A stretch of DNA of 64,000 nucleotides from an uncultured virus (IMG/VR IMGVR_UViG_3300026549_000072) (taxonomy: Duplodnaviria; Heunggongvirae; Uroviricota; Caudoviricetes): IMG/VR virus record IMGVR_UViG_3300026549_000072; one strand, 5' to 3'. Made by a program: the position numbers and the translations under genes. Of this stretch, positions 19,555 to 30,944 are shown piece after piece; the first letter of the stretch is position 1, and the number at the start of each line of letters is the position of its first letter. The notes beneath the pieces are model-generated. The model ran no database searches. It was not told the origin of the DNA and saw only the letters and a program-made list of their open reading frames with translations.

Positions 19555-19582
19555 TTCTAAGTTTTTAGGTTTTTTCTATACG

Positions 19583-19612
19583 GAAAAGGGGTATTTTTGC
19601 CCCTTTTCTTCT
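19583..19612 (+). terminator. Probable terminator after the RNAP gene
   Basis: GAAAAGGGG/CCCCTTTTC stem with a T-rich tail. Confidence 0.55.
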
Positions 19613-19644
19613 AAATTTAGCCACGTTAAGGAATCAACCCATAA

Positions 19645-19717
19645 TCCCTTATAGCTCAGCTGGTAGAGCGTATGACTGTTAATCATATTGTCGCTGGTTC
19701 AAGTCCAGCTGGGGGAG
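19645..19717 (+). tRNA. tRNA-Asn(GTT)
   Basis: Full cloverleaf: TCCCTTA/TGGGGGA, GCTC/GAGC, TATGA-CTGTTAA-TCATA, GCTGG-TTCAAGT-CCAGC; CCA not encoded directly after the discriminator base. Confidence 0.93.
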
Positions 19718-19767
19718 CGCCATGGCAGACGGCGGTTGTCTGCTAATAAGAAGAACTGGAGAATAGA

Positions 19768-19938
19768 ATGCTTCGAATTGACAAGCGTGAGGCAGAGTAC
19801 CTGAGAGCGCATGGTGCTTATGTCTCGATGACCAACCGTGGTAAACGTGGTCGTACTAAACATTACTATCTAACTGAGTCACTGAAGAACATGAAGTTGC
19901 ATCGGAGGTATCATGAATCTAAAAAAGCTACCGAGTGA
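19768..19938 (+). CDS. Small basic hypothetical protein
   Basis: GGAG RBS, MLRIDKREAEYLR..., TGA stop; below the ORF-track length cutoff. Confidence 0.65.
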   Translation: MLRIDKREAEYLRAHGAYVSMTNRGKRGRTKHYYLTESLKNMKLHRRYHESKKATE

Positions 19939-21121
19939 AAATGAGGCGCAGTACATCTGGAGATTGTCGTCTGCAAAAGACAGCGGTCTTCTTGATATGA
20001 GTTGGCCTGACCTTTAGAAGATACTGAACGAGGAGCTTGGCTATGAAAACTCCGAAAGCGTATATCGTAAACAGTATGCCGCTGCCAAGAAGTTTCTTGA
20101 TGGCGGATGCTTCCATCGTACCGGCGAAGAGTACCTGAAGGAGCTTGACTCAAAGAAGCGTGCTCTTGAAGCCGAGCGTCAGAAACTGTTTGTAACTAAA
20201 GTTGAGTATAATCGTAACGTAAGACAAGACAGCCGACAAGAACTCTTCTACCAAAACATTGCGGATCACATCGAAAAAATCAATCCGCCTATTAGCGAGT
20301 ATTGCTATGGCGGTGGTGGATTTGAGAATGAGAAGGAATATGTCTTAACTCTCTCTGACATTCATGCTGGTGCAAAGTTTGAGACTGCGACTAACTCCTA
20401 CTCTCTTGATGAGATGGCCGCAAGATTCGGTGTGCTTATCGATGCTGTTGATGATTATGTTCACAAAGAGAATGTGAAGAACCTCAAAGTGCTGTGTCTT
20501 GGAGATACAATCCAGGGTCTCCTGCGTGTCTCTGATTTACAGCTTAACGAAACTTCAATCGTGTATGCGACAGTATACATTGCAAAGAGCATTGCAGAAA
20601 CTCTGAATAAGATTTCGCAGTGGTGTGATGTTGACTACTATCATGTCCCATCTGCTAACCATACTCAGATTCGTCCGCTTGGAACTAAAGCAAGCGAACT
20701 GAAGAATGAGGACATCGAGTACATCATTGGCAACTATATCAAAGATGCTCTTTCTGGCAATAAACATATTCATGTGCATTTAAACTTTGACCGTGAGTAT
20801 ATTGAGGTTCCGATTTTTGATGAAGTCGCAATTGCAATGCACGGTCATCAAGTTAAAGATATTGTTGACACAGTGAAAACTCTTGGATTTGTTAATCGTA
20901 AGTTTTACACAGCAGCGTTCCTTGGGCATTATCATGCATCAGGTCGTACCGTTGCTGGCGAGGATGGAACCAAAGACATTGAGGTAATTGTTTGCCCAAG
21001 CTTTGTAGGAAGCGATCCATACAGCGAAAGCTTATTCAAAGGGGCAAGACCTGCTTGTGGTATGTATGTCTTTGATAGAACTTATGGTTTAATCCGTACC
21101 GATAAATTTGTTTTAACGTAA
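19913..21121 (+). CDS. Calcineurin-like metallophosphoesterase with N-terminal HTH/coiled coil (YonJ-like); 1 in-frame TAG
   Basis: GGAGG RBS; LSDIH, LGD, SANH, HGH and GHYH motifs; TAG at 20015 (codon 35). Confidence 0.8.
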
Positions 21122-21140
21122 ATGAAATGGAGTAAAAGGA

Positions 21141-21440
21141 ATGAACGAAGCTGGATTTAATAACATCCAGGTGCTTCAAGAGGAGCTTCGACTACGAGGC
21201 TACAAGATGAAGCAAGAGGATGTCAAAGAAGTCTATCTAGCTTTCTGTGATATGATTAGAGATTTTGCGAGGAATGGTTTCGAACTGAACTTCCCGAACA
21301 TTGGAAAGTTTGTCATTGTTGAACACAAGCCTCGTCAGCTTACAAGTAATCTCACAGGAGATACTACCGAGCTTCCGCCTCGAAAGAAGCTGAAGTTTAA
21401 GGCAAGCAAGAAGCTCACCGATATGATTAATCGGGGGTGA
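21141..21440 (+). CDS. HU/IHF-like DNA-binding protein
   Basis: NIGKFVIVEHKPRQLTSNLTGDTTELPPRKKLKFKASKKL arm motif. Confidence 0.85.
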   Translation: MNEAGFNNIQVLQEELRLRGYKMKQEDVKEVYLAFCDMIRDFARNGFELNFPNIGKFVIVEHKPRQLTSNLTGDTTELPPRKKLKFKASKKLTDMINRG

Positions 21441-21445
21441 TTTAA

Positions 21446-22762
21446 TTGGGACGCCGACCTAAAGCTGAAGCCATATCTGCTATCACAGGTTACGCTCAGA
21501 TAGACACAGCAAAGAATAATATGATTGCCCAGTTTGATCGGATGAAGCCGAGAGACCAACTGGACTTTCTTAAACGTATTGGTGTTGGCGTTTCAGAGTT
21601 TCATCCTGTGCAGTAGTTCGCTACATGCGCAAAGTGTGGTGAGGTAAAACCTGTAACAGAATTCTATACAAGTACCGAAACTGGTGTTGCGTAGCATATC
21701 ACTCCGATATGTAAAGCGTGTGCTAAAATCGTTTCGTGCGGTATGGATATGAATGGTAATATTCTTCCACCATCAAAGGCCAGCACAATCAATGCTATGG
21801 AGTGGCTGAGAAAGCCATTCATTGAATCAGTTTATTCGCAAAGCATAGCGACATCTAACAGTGGTGGTAAGCTAAATGCTTTCGACACCTATATGCAGCA
21901 AATCTCAAAACAAGCATACTTCGGTCAGAACTTCAGAGCCAACTCAGACTTCTACAATGTCAACAAACCTGTTGTGCTTGAAGAGGAAGAGGCTCCGAAG
22001 TTAGCGCCGGTAAATGAGGATGCTGCAAAAGCTTTTGAAAAGAACAAGTTAGACTGCCAACGGCTGTTAGGATATCTTCCATATGAAAACGAAGATTCGT
22101 CTGACCAGCCGTATTTATATGCAGACCTTGTCAACTTCCTTGGCTCTGTCGAGGATGTAACTGAGAACTTTATGAGAGTACAGACTATGGTCGGTATTGT
22201 CAGATGGTATCTTCAGATTACCAAAATCGACAACCAAATCGCAAAGCTATCACAGCAGAGCATGGAAGCGAATATGGCAACTATCAAAGGGCTTCAGGCA
22301 ACTAAATCCCAGATAGTTGATACCATATCAAAATCAGCAGATGACTCCAAGATATCATTGAAGTCGAACCGGGATAATATCAAAGGTGCGAATACATTCA
22401 CTGGTAAGCTGAGCAAACTCAGAGACCTGAATCTTCGTGCGAGCTACGTCAACGGCTTCGATTTGGAGACCTGCAAAGCAATGCAACAGGTGGCGGATAT
22501 TTCTGATGCCGCCATATTGAAACAGCTTAATCTTGATGAGTCAGAGTGGTCTGATATGGTCGCTGAGCAACGGAAGATGATTACAAAGCTCACGGAAGAA
22601 GCCCACAGTTATCAAGAGGCGGCACGATTAATACTGAAAGAGAACTTAGACTTACGAGATACATTAAAAGATAACGGACTACTCAATGAAGAGGCGTTAA
22701 CAAATCTTGATGAGATAGTCACGAAGTATTGGGATAATGATGACGGAAATCCTGAATCCTAA
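21446..22762 (+). CDS. Zn-finger protein, putative terminase small subunit; 2 in-frame TAGs
   Basis: GGGGGTG RBS with TTG start (MGRRPK); TAG at 21614 and 21692, the second lying between the CAKC and CKAC pairs; located just upstream of TerL. Confidence 0.65.
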
Positions 22763-24830
22763 TATTTACAGTGATGAGATTGCTCAACGTTGTGTGTATG
22801 GTGCTGAGTTTGTTCGCAAACTACTTGGAGTAGAGCTTGGATGGGAAAAGATATACGAACGCCCTCCCGCTCTACTGATGACACACAAACAACTTGAAGG
22901 TTTCATCAAACTGTAGCAACAGCGTGACTACTATCAGCAGAATCCAACAAAGTTTGTCGAAGATTTCTTTCAGATACAATTGATTGACTCCCAGGCATAT
23001 TTATTTCAGATGGCCTGGATTACACCTAGGGTTATTATCTTGGCAAGCCGTGGTTATGGTAAGTCATTATTCATTGACTTATTTATTATGACAAAGCAAA
23101 TGCTTGCGTCTGAACCATGGACTTGTGCTATTGCGGCTGGTTCATCTGACCAGTCTAATACTACTTTTAAGAAGCTCGAAGATATTGCCTATGACCGAAT
23201 CGACTCTATGATTGGTTCAAACGGTAAAATCTTTAGAGACGAAATTGTTATACCAAATGCCAACGGCGATGGGTTCAACCACAACCCGTCTAGTTTTTCA
23301 TATCGTCTTTATAATGATTCAGAAACTAACACTGTAAACTCTAACGTTGATAAGAACAGAGGTAAACGTAAACGAGCTGTATTCTTTGATGAGTCTGGTT
23401 TCTTGGATGCCGATCTCGTCCAGGTCTATAGTGCATTCGCTATCGTTGAAAAGGGTTTTAAAACAGGATTTGATGCTGAAGGTAACGCTATCGATGTGGT
23501 ACGGCTCAGAGCACTCCCACCTGAAGTTCCGAACCAAATCATCAACGTATCGTCTGCATCTAATACCGATACCGATTTCTATGCTAAGTATCGTGACTAC
23601 TCCAAGCGTATGATTATGGGTGACAAATCTTTCTTTGTTGCTCATATTGATTGCGACCTCGTGATGAAGCCTACGGTGCATGGCAAGCGAATGGGTGCGC
23701 TGTTGTCCAGAGACACCATTGATGCGGCTATGCGTACTAACCCTGAGAAAGCTAGACGTGAGTATTACTGTCAGTTTACATCTGATGCTGGTGCAAATGC
23801 TATCATCAGGCGTGGAGTCATTACACGAAATGAAAAGACTTATCGACCCATACATGAAAATCCGAATAATTCAGGTGGTTGGGTAATTTGTTATGATCCA
23901 GCAAGAAGCCGAGACAACTCGATTATACTTGTTGGTCAGATATATGACTCTCCCACTAACGATGGTAAAACTGAAAAGTGTGGACGAATTGTTGAGTGTG
24001 TAAACCTGCTTGACGTTGGTAAGAAAATCCGTAGCCCGATGCAGACACCAGATCAGATTGAATATCTTAAATCGCTCATTGTTGCTTTTAATGGTGATGC
24101 AGATGGATATGGAAATCTGTATGGAGTTTATATCGATGCTGGTTCAGGTGGCGGCGGTGTTAACATCGCAGACTATTTGATGGATGATTGGTATGACAAG
24201 GCCGGTAACTTTCATCGTGGTTTAATTGACGAGGAATATTCAGAGGATTATCTTAAAAAGTTTCCGAATGCAGTAAAGGGGAAGCTTCATCTTCTATCAC
24301 CGAGCAAGTACAAATCAGATATGTATGAAGCTTTAATAGAACTGTTCAACCAGAATAAGATTAAGCTGACTACATCATATGACGGCAGTGGACAATTAAC
24401 TGTATTTGATACAGAGGCCATTGATCTCGCTGCTGAAACCAAGAAGATTAGTGCGAAACTCAAGAAGGAACAACTCAAACCTGAAGAGTTTGACGCTCGG
24501 TTACAAGAGGAATTAGATAAAGTCCAGAATGTCAATTTGACCGTAACTAAACTTGACTGGCTTGATGAGCTATAGCTTACGAATATAGACGCAATGAAAG
24601 AAGAGATTGTCAACATGGTGCGTATTACTCGTGCTTCTGGTAAGGATTCGTTTGAGTTAACACCAGAAAAGCAGAATAAGCTTCATGATGACCGAGCTTA
24701 TTGTTGCGCTGAGTTTGCTTATGCTCTCATGACAGCAAGACGTTCACATCTTACAGAACGTAAAATAACACAACCATAGACGCTCATTGACCGTATGTCA
24801 GTGAGAAAACCTCAAATACTAAGGAGATAA
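22737..24830 (+). CDS. terL: Terminase large subunit; 3 in-frame TAGs
   Basis: Walker A SRGYGKS, Walker B VFFDES, nuclease motifs YDPARSRD and IDAG; HDDRAY lies beyond TAG 24573; TAGs at 22914, 24573, 24777; TAA end. Confidence 0.9.
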
Positions 24831-24834
24831 AATT

Positions 24835-25029
24835 ATGACTATTAATATTAAGGATATGGATAGAATCGCTGCTAAGCTTAAGGACGCTAAGGGTTCAGAT
24901 AACTATGAGAACGTGCTTCAGAAGTATACTGGCCCTGGCACCGGCATTGTCTGGGATGAGGAGACTGACACCCTGAACATTGCTTCTGATTGGTACGCAG
25001 ACGCTAACGGAGATATTGTCCGTAGATAA
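24835..25029 (+). CDS. Small hypothetical protein between terL and portal
   Basis: AAGGAG RBS, 64 aa, TAA stop. Confidence 0.75.
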   Translation: MTINIKDMDRIAAKLKDAKGSDNYENVLQKYTGPGTGIVWDEETDTLNIASDWYADANGDIVRR

Positions 25030-25040
25030 TGTAAGAAACT

Positions 25041-25070
25041 GGGGCGGCTTATGTCGCCCCTTATTCTTTT
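25041..25070 (+). terminator. Intrinsic terminator
   Basis: GGGGCGGC-TTAT-GTCGCCCC followed by TTATTCTTTT. Confidence 0.7.
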
Positions 25071-25085
25071 AAGGAGGAGCCGCAA

Positions 25086-26600
25086 TTGGCTAGAAGAACT
25101 GTGGCTGCGGCTTCATCGCCGGGTTCTGAATTGAAGTAGGTAGCTGAGCTTCGTGATTGGTTTAAGAAGACTGTAGAGTCTATGAACTCTTTAAGGTTGA
25201 TTGACCTTTCAAAGAACTCAACTCGTAAGTATGGAAAAATTACAATCGAGAAGCTCCGGCAATATTTTCAGAATCCTTATCGATATCAAGTCGAGCTGAT
25301 TAAAGCCGCACAATACTTTTATAGAACAAACGCTGTATTTCAGGCATTGGTTCAGTACTTTGCTACGATGTTTGTGCCTGACGCAAGAAGCGTTATTCCA
25401 CGATATAATCTTGCAAAGCGTACTGCTGGTTCTGACAGTAAGGTTGTTAAAGCGTATTATCAAACTCTCGATGAGATTGAGAAACTTGATTTACTTGCCA
25501 ACTTTACAAAGATGTTGATTGATGCATGGATTTGTGATGTGGCATACGGTGTATTATACCGAGATGATACAGGCGCTTTTATTCTTCCACTTGATCCAGA
25601 ATATTGCCGTATCTCAGGTATGAACTCTGATGGTACTTTCACATTTGCATATAATATGGATTACTTCACTGGTAGCAACGAGTATCTTCTTGAGTACTGG
25701 GGTGAACCATTTGTTTCTATGTATCGTGAACGAGAAAAGAACAAATGGGTAAATGTTCCGAGTAATGTTGGCGTAGTCATTAAGATTAACACAAATGACC
25801 CGTTGCTTATTATGCCGCCGTTTGCTGGTTTGTTTTCAAGTTTGATTCAATTATCAAACCTTGAGGACATCCAAGATACGAAGGATGCGTTAAGCGTATA
25901 TAAAATCCTTGTTGCTAAAGTACCGCTTCTCGACGGCTCGAAGCTCCCAGATGACTTTGCGGTTGATATTGATACTGCCGAAAAATATTGTCAAAAGATC
26001 GAAAGAAACCTTCTTGAGCAAATTGGATTTGTGATGTCTCCTGGTCTTGACCTTGAAGTTCTTGATGTTATGGAAGATGGTACTTCCGAGGTTAACAGAA
26101 TCAATCAGGCACAGAGCAATATTTTTGATAAAGAAGGTGTTCCGCTTCTTGACGCTAAGAATATTACAAGCTCAACAGCGTGGAAGCTTGTGTCTATCTA
26201 TAATACAAGACGTGCTCTCTCTACAACTCTTCCGCAGATTCAGGCTTTTGTAAATCGTTGGTTGCAAAATAAGATTGGAATCAATGCCGCAAAAGTGGTA
26301 TTTCACCTTACGTCTCCATATCTTCTTGACACCTTCCGTGAGCAGGTAAAGGATTCTGCTACGCTTGGTATGCCTGTCAAACTCCTTCTCAATCAGCTTA
26401 ACGGCGTGAGTGAGATTGATACATTACGTATGAACAGGCTTGAGATAGAAGAACTTGGATTACATGAGGCGTTTATTCCACTTTCAAATTCATATACAAA
26501 AAGCTCTGATGCTGCTGATCCGATTGAAGGTGGTGCTCCAACTAAGATTGAAGTTACCGACAAAGGCGATGAGAGCCGTGAGAATAAAGAGGAAATATGA
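25086..26600 (+). CDS. Portal protein; 1 in-frame TAG
   Basis: AAGGAGG RBS with TTG start; TAG at 25137 (codon 18); size and position after TerL; PLDPEYCRI and FIPLSNSYT motifs. Confidence 0.8.
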
Positions 26601-26773
26601 AACAGCTTTTTATTAAAACACGAGACAAAGAAACGGCTGATAAGCTGAAGAATCTCGGCTTTAAAGTTATCAATGAGTCTGGTGGTATGTGGACATTTTT
26701 AAATGATGCTCATATCCGCTTCAACGCAGACGATAACAAGAATGCCGTATACAGCGATAGGATTGAAATTTGA
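26597..26773 (+). CDS. Small hypothetical protein
   Basis: MKQLFIKTRDKETADKLKNLGF..., coupled at both ends. Confidence 0.7.
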   Translation: MKQLFIKTRDKETADKLKNLGFKVINESGGMWTFLNDAHIRFNADDNKNAVYSDRIEI

Positions 26774-28236
26774 TGAGAAAACTAATGACACTTGACGACC
26801 TGTATAGCTTCTACTCTCAACAGGCTGTGTCCACCAACTTTAGTGTTGACATGGAACATCCTGCGATTGCAGTTGCTGTACCGGGAAGACTTACTTACGA
26901 AGAGGATGCATAGCAGCTTGGGCTTACACCTGTTGTACTGAATGCATGTCACACTGGTAAGAATCTCAATCAGTCTCGTATTTCCAAAGAGACTATGGAG
27001 GAGGCGTTATCCTCATTCAGGAACCGCCCGATTCTCGGTTATATTTGGAAGGACGAGGATGGTAATCCGCAGTTTGATTCTCATAATATGCACCAAGAAG
27101 AAGATGGCACACTTGTTTATGATGAACAGCCTATTGGACACATTAGAGAAAATAGCGATGTGCATCTTGAGTATGATGAAGCTGAGGATAAGTATCGTGT
27201 GATTGCAGATGGATTCATCTATGATGATTACACTGATGCGGTTGAGATTCTTAAACGTGAGACGCAGTGCGATGTGTCTGTTGAGCTTGCCGTCCTTGAC
27301 CTTTCTTATTCCGCTGAAGAGCGAGTTCTTGATATTAACAAGTTCGTCTTTACTGGCGTTACTATTCTTGGAAAGGATGAAGATACTGGGGATAAAGTAA
27401 ACCCTGGTATGGAAGGCTCTAACATCACCGTCTTTAAGAATGGAGATGTGATTACGGTTGATGCGTCTCAGGCAACTGAGGCTGTCAATATAAACGAAAA
27501 TCAAGGAAAGGAGGGGGATGCAACAGTGGATGACGTAAACATGAACGCTCAAACCACTGAGGATGCTGGATCTACCGTTGATACCACTCCTTCTGCGGTT
27601 CGTGCGTATAGTGTTGTTGTCGATGGTGAAACCCATCAGTTTGAACTGACTCTGGGTGATATCCAGTTTGCTCTAAATCGTCTTGTAAATGAGACGTATG
27701 GCGAAGCCGACGATTGTTATTACGACGTTGAGGTTTATCCTGAATCACAGTATGTCGTTATGTACAGTTGGTGGGATGGAGTTGAAGGATATCGTCAGGG
27801 CTTTGAGGCTGATGAGGATGGCAACTATTCTCTGATTGGAGAGCGTGAAGCTGTCAAGCGTGTTTGGATTACTGAAGCTGAGCAACAGCAGATTGATGCT
27901 GACAGACAGTCCAAAGCAGAACTTGAGGCACAGCTTGAGGAAATCAAAGGACAGCTTGCTACCTATCAGGAAGCCGAGGCAACTGCACAAAGGCAAGCTC
28001 TTATCGAAAGAGATGAGTTTACTGTCCTGAGTGATACTGATGAATATCAGGCGCTCGTCTCTGAGATGAACAACTATTCTGTATCTGAACTTGAAAACAA
28101 GCTGAATGCTCTTCTGCTCAGCTACGCAAAGAAACAGTTCTCCGCTAACAAGCCAGAGGTCAAGCCTGTGGTGCAGTTTGCTGTGAACGAGAAACACACT
28201 AAGAAGTCACCGTATGGTGGACTATTTAAAGACTAA
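26773..28236 (+). CDS. Prohead protease/scaffold fusion; 1 in-frame TAG
   Basis: CHTGKNLNQS, VSVEL, FTGVTILG and PGMEGS motifs; acidic coiled-coil C-terminus; TAG at 26911 (codon 47). Confidence 0.75.
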
Positions 28237-28260
28237 TTAAATCTAAGGAGAAATTAAAGA

Positions 28261-28737
28261 ATGACTAATATTGAAGCATTCCTTGCCTCCATCAGTAAGC
28301 ACGCTGTCGCTGAGTAGACCAAGATTAAGGCTACCGAGTGCGGCCATATTTTTAACCTGAAGGCAGACAAGGATTATGACAATGGTGTTGTTGTTGCTAA
28401 GAATGCATACCTTGAGGATGATGTTTATTCTGTGAAGGATTCCACTGATTTTGCAGGAACGATTGTTGATGTCGCTGCTAATGGGAACTTCATTGTCCAT
28501 GTTGTTGACCCGGGTGATGGTCTGCTTGTTCTGACTCCGCCTTTCTCTTATGTTACTGAGCCGTCTCGCTTCGCTGCCGAAGATCAGTTTTATAATGCTC
28601 GGAACTCCATCATGAGAGCTTACGAGCTTGTCAAGGATGACGAGTTCGCTGTTTCTGCTGAGGGATTTGATACGAATCCTTCAAAGGGTCAGACTGTTAC
28701 TGTTACCGCTACTACTCGTAAGCTGCACACCGCATAA
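28261..28737 (+). CDS. Putative capsid decoration/auxiliary protein; 1 in-frame TAG
   Basis: AAGGAG RBS; TAG at 28315 (codon 19); located between scaffold and MCP. Confidence 0.7.
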
Positions 28738-28757
28738 TCTAGAGGAGGTTAATAATC

Positions 28758-29861
28758 ATGAGACTTACATTTGATAATGCTATTATCTCCTCTACTTTCG
28801 ATGATGAGGAGCAGTTCGAGGGATTTAAGTCCCTGATGTTTGAAGCTGGCAAGAACGAGTTTTCTGAGTCCAGCATGACTCTGGCTAAGGCTAATAAGAA
28901 AATTGCTGAGGTCTTTGCTGAGATGACCGGCCTTGAGGCTGGCAAGAAGTACAGCAAGACCGAAGTCCGCAGAGCAATCCGCAGAATGTCCAATGACCCG
29001 GTTTGCTTCGACCTGATTGAGGAGGTTCTTGACGACCTCATTACCACTGGCTGGGAAGAGAATCCGTGGTTCAACGAGTTCGTTGAGAAGAGAAACCTTG
29101 CTCTTGGTGACCTTCCGACTTTTGTGACTGAGGATGATACCATCCTTGCTGTTGAGAAAGTTGCTGGCAATCATCACGACCTGCGCAGACAGCGCCTTGG
29201 CGTTGGCACTGCTGTTACTCCGGCTACCGCTTGGTATGGCGTGAAGGTCTATGCTGAGTTTGAGCGTATTCTGACTGGTCAGGAGGACTGGAGCAAGCTT
29301 GTCGCTAAGGTTGGCGAAGCTTTCGTGAAGTTTGTTGTTGACTTTACCTACAGTGCTATTCAGCAAGCTGTTACCAGAATGTCCACCGAGGCTAAGTTCC
29401 ACAATAGTGGTTCTCTGAGCTATAAAAATGTTATTGCTCTGGCTGGAGAGGTCGAGGCTGTTAATGATGGTTGCGAAGTCATCATCATGGGCACCAAGGC
29501 TGCACTTGCCAACCTGTATGCTATTGCACCGGCTCAGTGGATTTCCAATGAGATGATGCAGGAGCGCAATCAGACTGGTAAGCTTGGTATTTGGCAAGGC
29601 TACAGACTGGTTGAGATTCCGAACCGCTATACCGATAAGTCCCTGACCACGAAGCTGGCTAAGGATGACCAGATTATGTTCATTCCTGTTAGCGCTGACA
29701 ACAAGCTTGTTGCTATGGTTGACGAGGGTGATGGCATTGTGACCGAGATTAACGACCAGGCTCATCACATGGATATGACCTATGACTACGAGTATCAGCG
29801 TAAGATGGGCTTCGCTCTTCTGCTTCGTAGAAAGTTCGGCGTCTGGGATCAGATTGTTTAA
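28758..29861 (+). CDS. Major capsid protein (TAG-free)
   Basis: 367 aa, GAGGAGG RBS, strong codon bias, position after scaffold/decoration genes, followed by a terminator. Confidence 0.8.
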   Translation: MRLTFDNAIISSTFDDEEQFEGFKSLMFEAGKNEFSESSMTLAKANKKIAEVFAEMTGLEAGKKYSKTEVRRAIRRMSNDPVCFDLIEEVLDDLITTGWEENPWFNEFVEKRNLALGDLPTFVTEDDTILAVEKVAGNHHDLRRQRLGVGTAVTPATAWYGVKVYAEFERILTGQEDWSKLVAKVGEAFVKFVVDFTYSAIQQAVTRMSTEAKFHNSGSLSYKNVIALAGEVEAVNDGCEVIIMGTKAALANLYAIAPAQWISNEMMQERNQTGKLGIWQGYRLVEIPNRYTDKSLTTKLAKDDQIMFIPVSADNKLVAMVDEGDGIVTEINDQAHHMDMTYDYEYQRKMGFALLLRRKFGVWDQIV

Positions 29862-29874
29862 TTGAATTAATTCT

Positions 29875-29903
29875 GGGGTGGTCGTAATGGCCACCCCTTA
29901 TTT
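29875..29903 (+). terminator. Intrinsic terminator after MCP
   Basis: GGGGTGGTC/GGCCACCCC stem followed by TTATTT. Confidence 0.7.
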
Positions 29904-29919
29904 GAAAGGAGAAACTGGA

Positions 29920-30474
29920 ATGCCTAGAGGAAAGGCAACGGCTAAGAAAGCTGAAATAGCACCAGAGGTTGTAACCGAAGAAGTTATACCGAAGGTAGAA
30001 ACTAAGAGAGAGTTTCAACCGTTTGATTTGATTCAGTGCGAATCACTTGTGAATGGAAAACTTTTTTACACCAGTCCGAAGTCCAATCAGACATATGAGT
30101 GGGCGAATAATGGCGACAGTGTAGATGTGACATACGAGGATCTTCTCGCAATGAAGCAGTCTCACTCTCAGATTTTATATCGTCCGTGTATTATGATTAA
30201 GGATACCGATCTTCTTGCGCAGCCGAGATGGATGGATATTGCAAAGCTTTATAACGGCTATGATATTCTATCACTTCGTGATGCTGAGAAGATTATTAAC
30301 CTGGACGCAAACTCCCTGAGAAAGGCTCTTGAGAAACTTAATCCAGCAATGCGTATTGTAATTTGCGATACAGCTGCTGATATGATTGAAAAGGGAACTC
30401 TCGATTCAATTCAAAAGATTAAGGTGCTTGATGAGATCTGCGGAACGGAACTGTACACTCTCGCCTTCAAGTGA
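29920..30474 (+). CDS. Conserved hypothetical head-associated protein
   Basis: AAAGGAG RBS before MPRGKATAKK; GTLDSIQKIKVLDEICGTEL C-terminus. Confidence 0.7.
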   Translation: MPRGKATAKKAEIAPEVVTEEVIPKVETKREFQPFDLIQCESLVNGKLFYTSPKSNQTYEWANNGDSVDVTYEDLLAMKQSHSQILYRPCIMIKDTDLLAQPRWMDIAKLYNGYDILSLRDAEKIINLDANSLRKALEKLNPAMRIVICDTAADMIEKGTLDSIQKIKVLDEICGTELYTLAFK

Positions 30475-30482
30475 GGTAAGTG

Positions 30483-30944
30483 ATGTTACAGTTATCGTAT
30501 GATGAAATTTTCAGTTCATTCTTCTCTAAGGTTGAGTCATACGACTTAGCTTAGATGGTAGAGGAACACGCAAAAGATATGATGTAGGAGTGGCTTCATG
30601 CCGTTGTTGTTAATCCAAGGGTAATTAAACTACTCTCCGACTTCGATATCGATGATGAAATCAATCGCTTTAAATTCGGTCTTAAAAGATAGAGTGGGTT
30701 TGAAGTGGTTGACCGTGGTTACATGAAGGACGTGATTGCTACTGGCATTGCTCTTAAGTGGGCGGAACCGAAGTATGCTTCTGCGCTGAATACCAGCCAG
30801 GTGTTTGGATAGTCAGAAGTTAAATACTATAGTCAGGCAAATCATGTTACAGCTCTGAAAGAAATGGTTGAAGATTTAGAAGCTCGCTTCACTAAGCTTA
30901 TCAGAGATTTTGGTACATACCATAATTCTTATGTTGAAGGATAA
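30483..30944 (+). CDS. Head-tail adaptor-like protein; 4 in-frame TAGs (absent from the ORF track)
   Basis: GAGGT RBS; TAGs at 30552, 30585, 30690, 30810; YYSQANH motif; TAA end. Confidence 0.75.

Noticed and set aside
19645..19717. The tRNA as the amber suppressor
   Set aside because: Its anticodon is GTT (Asn). I found no CUA-anticodon tRNA in this window.
28749..29894. 381-aa antisense ORF spanning the major capsid gene
   Set aside because: It mirrors a strongly codon-biased gene, has no RBS or recognisable motifs, and is an expected antisense shadow.
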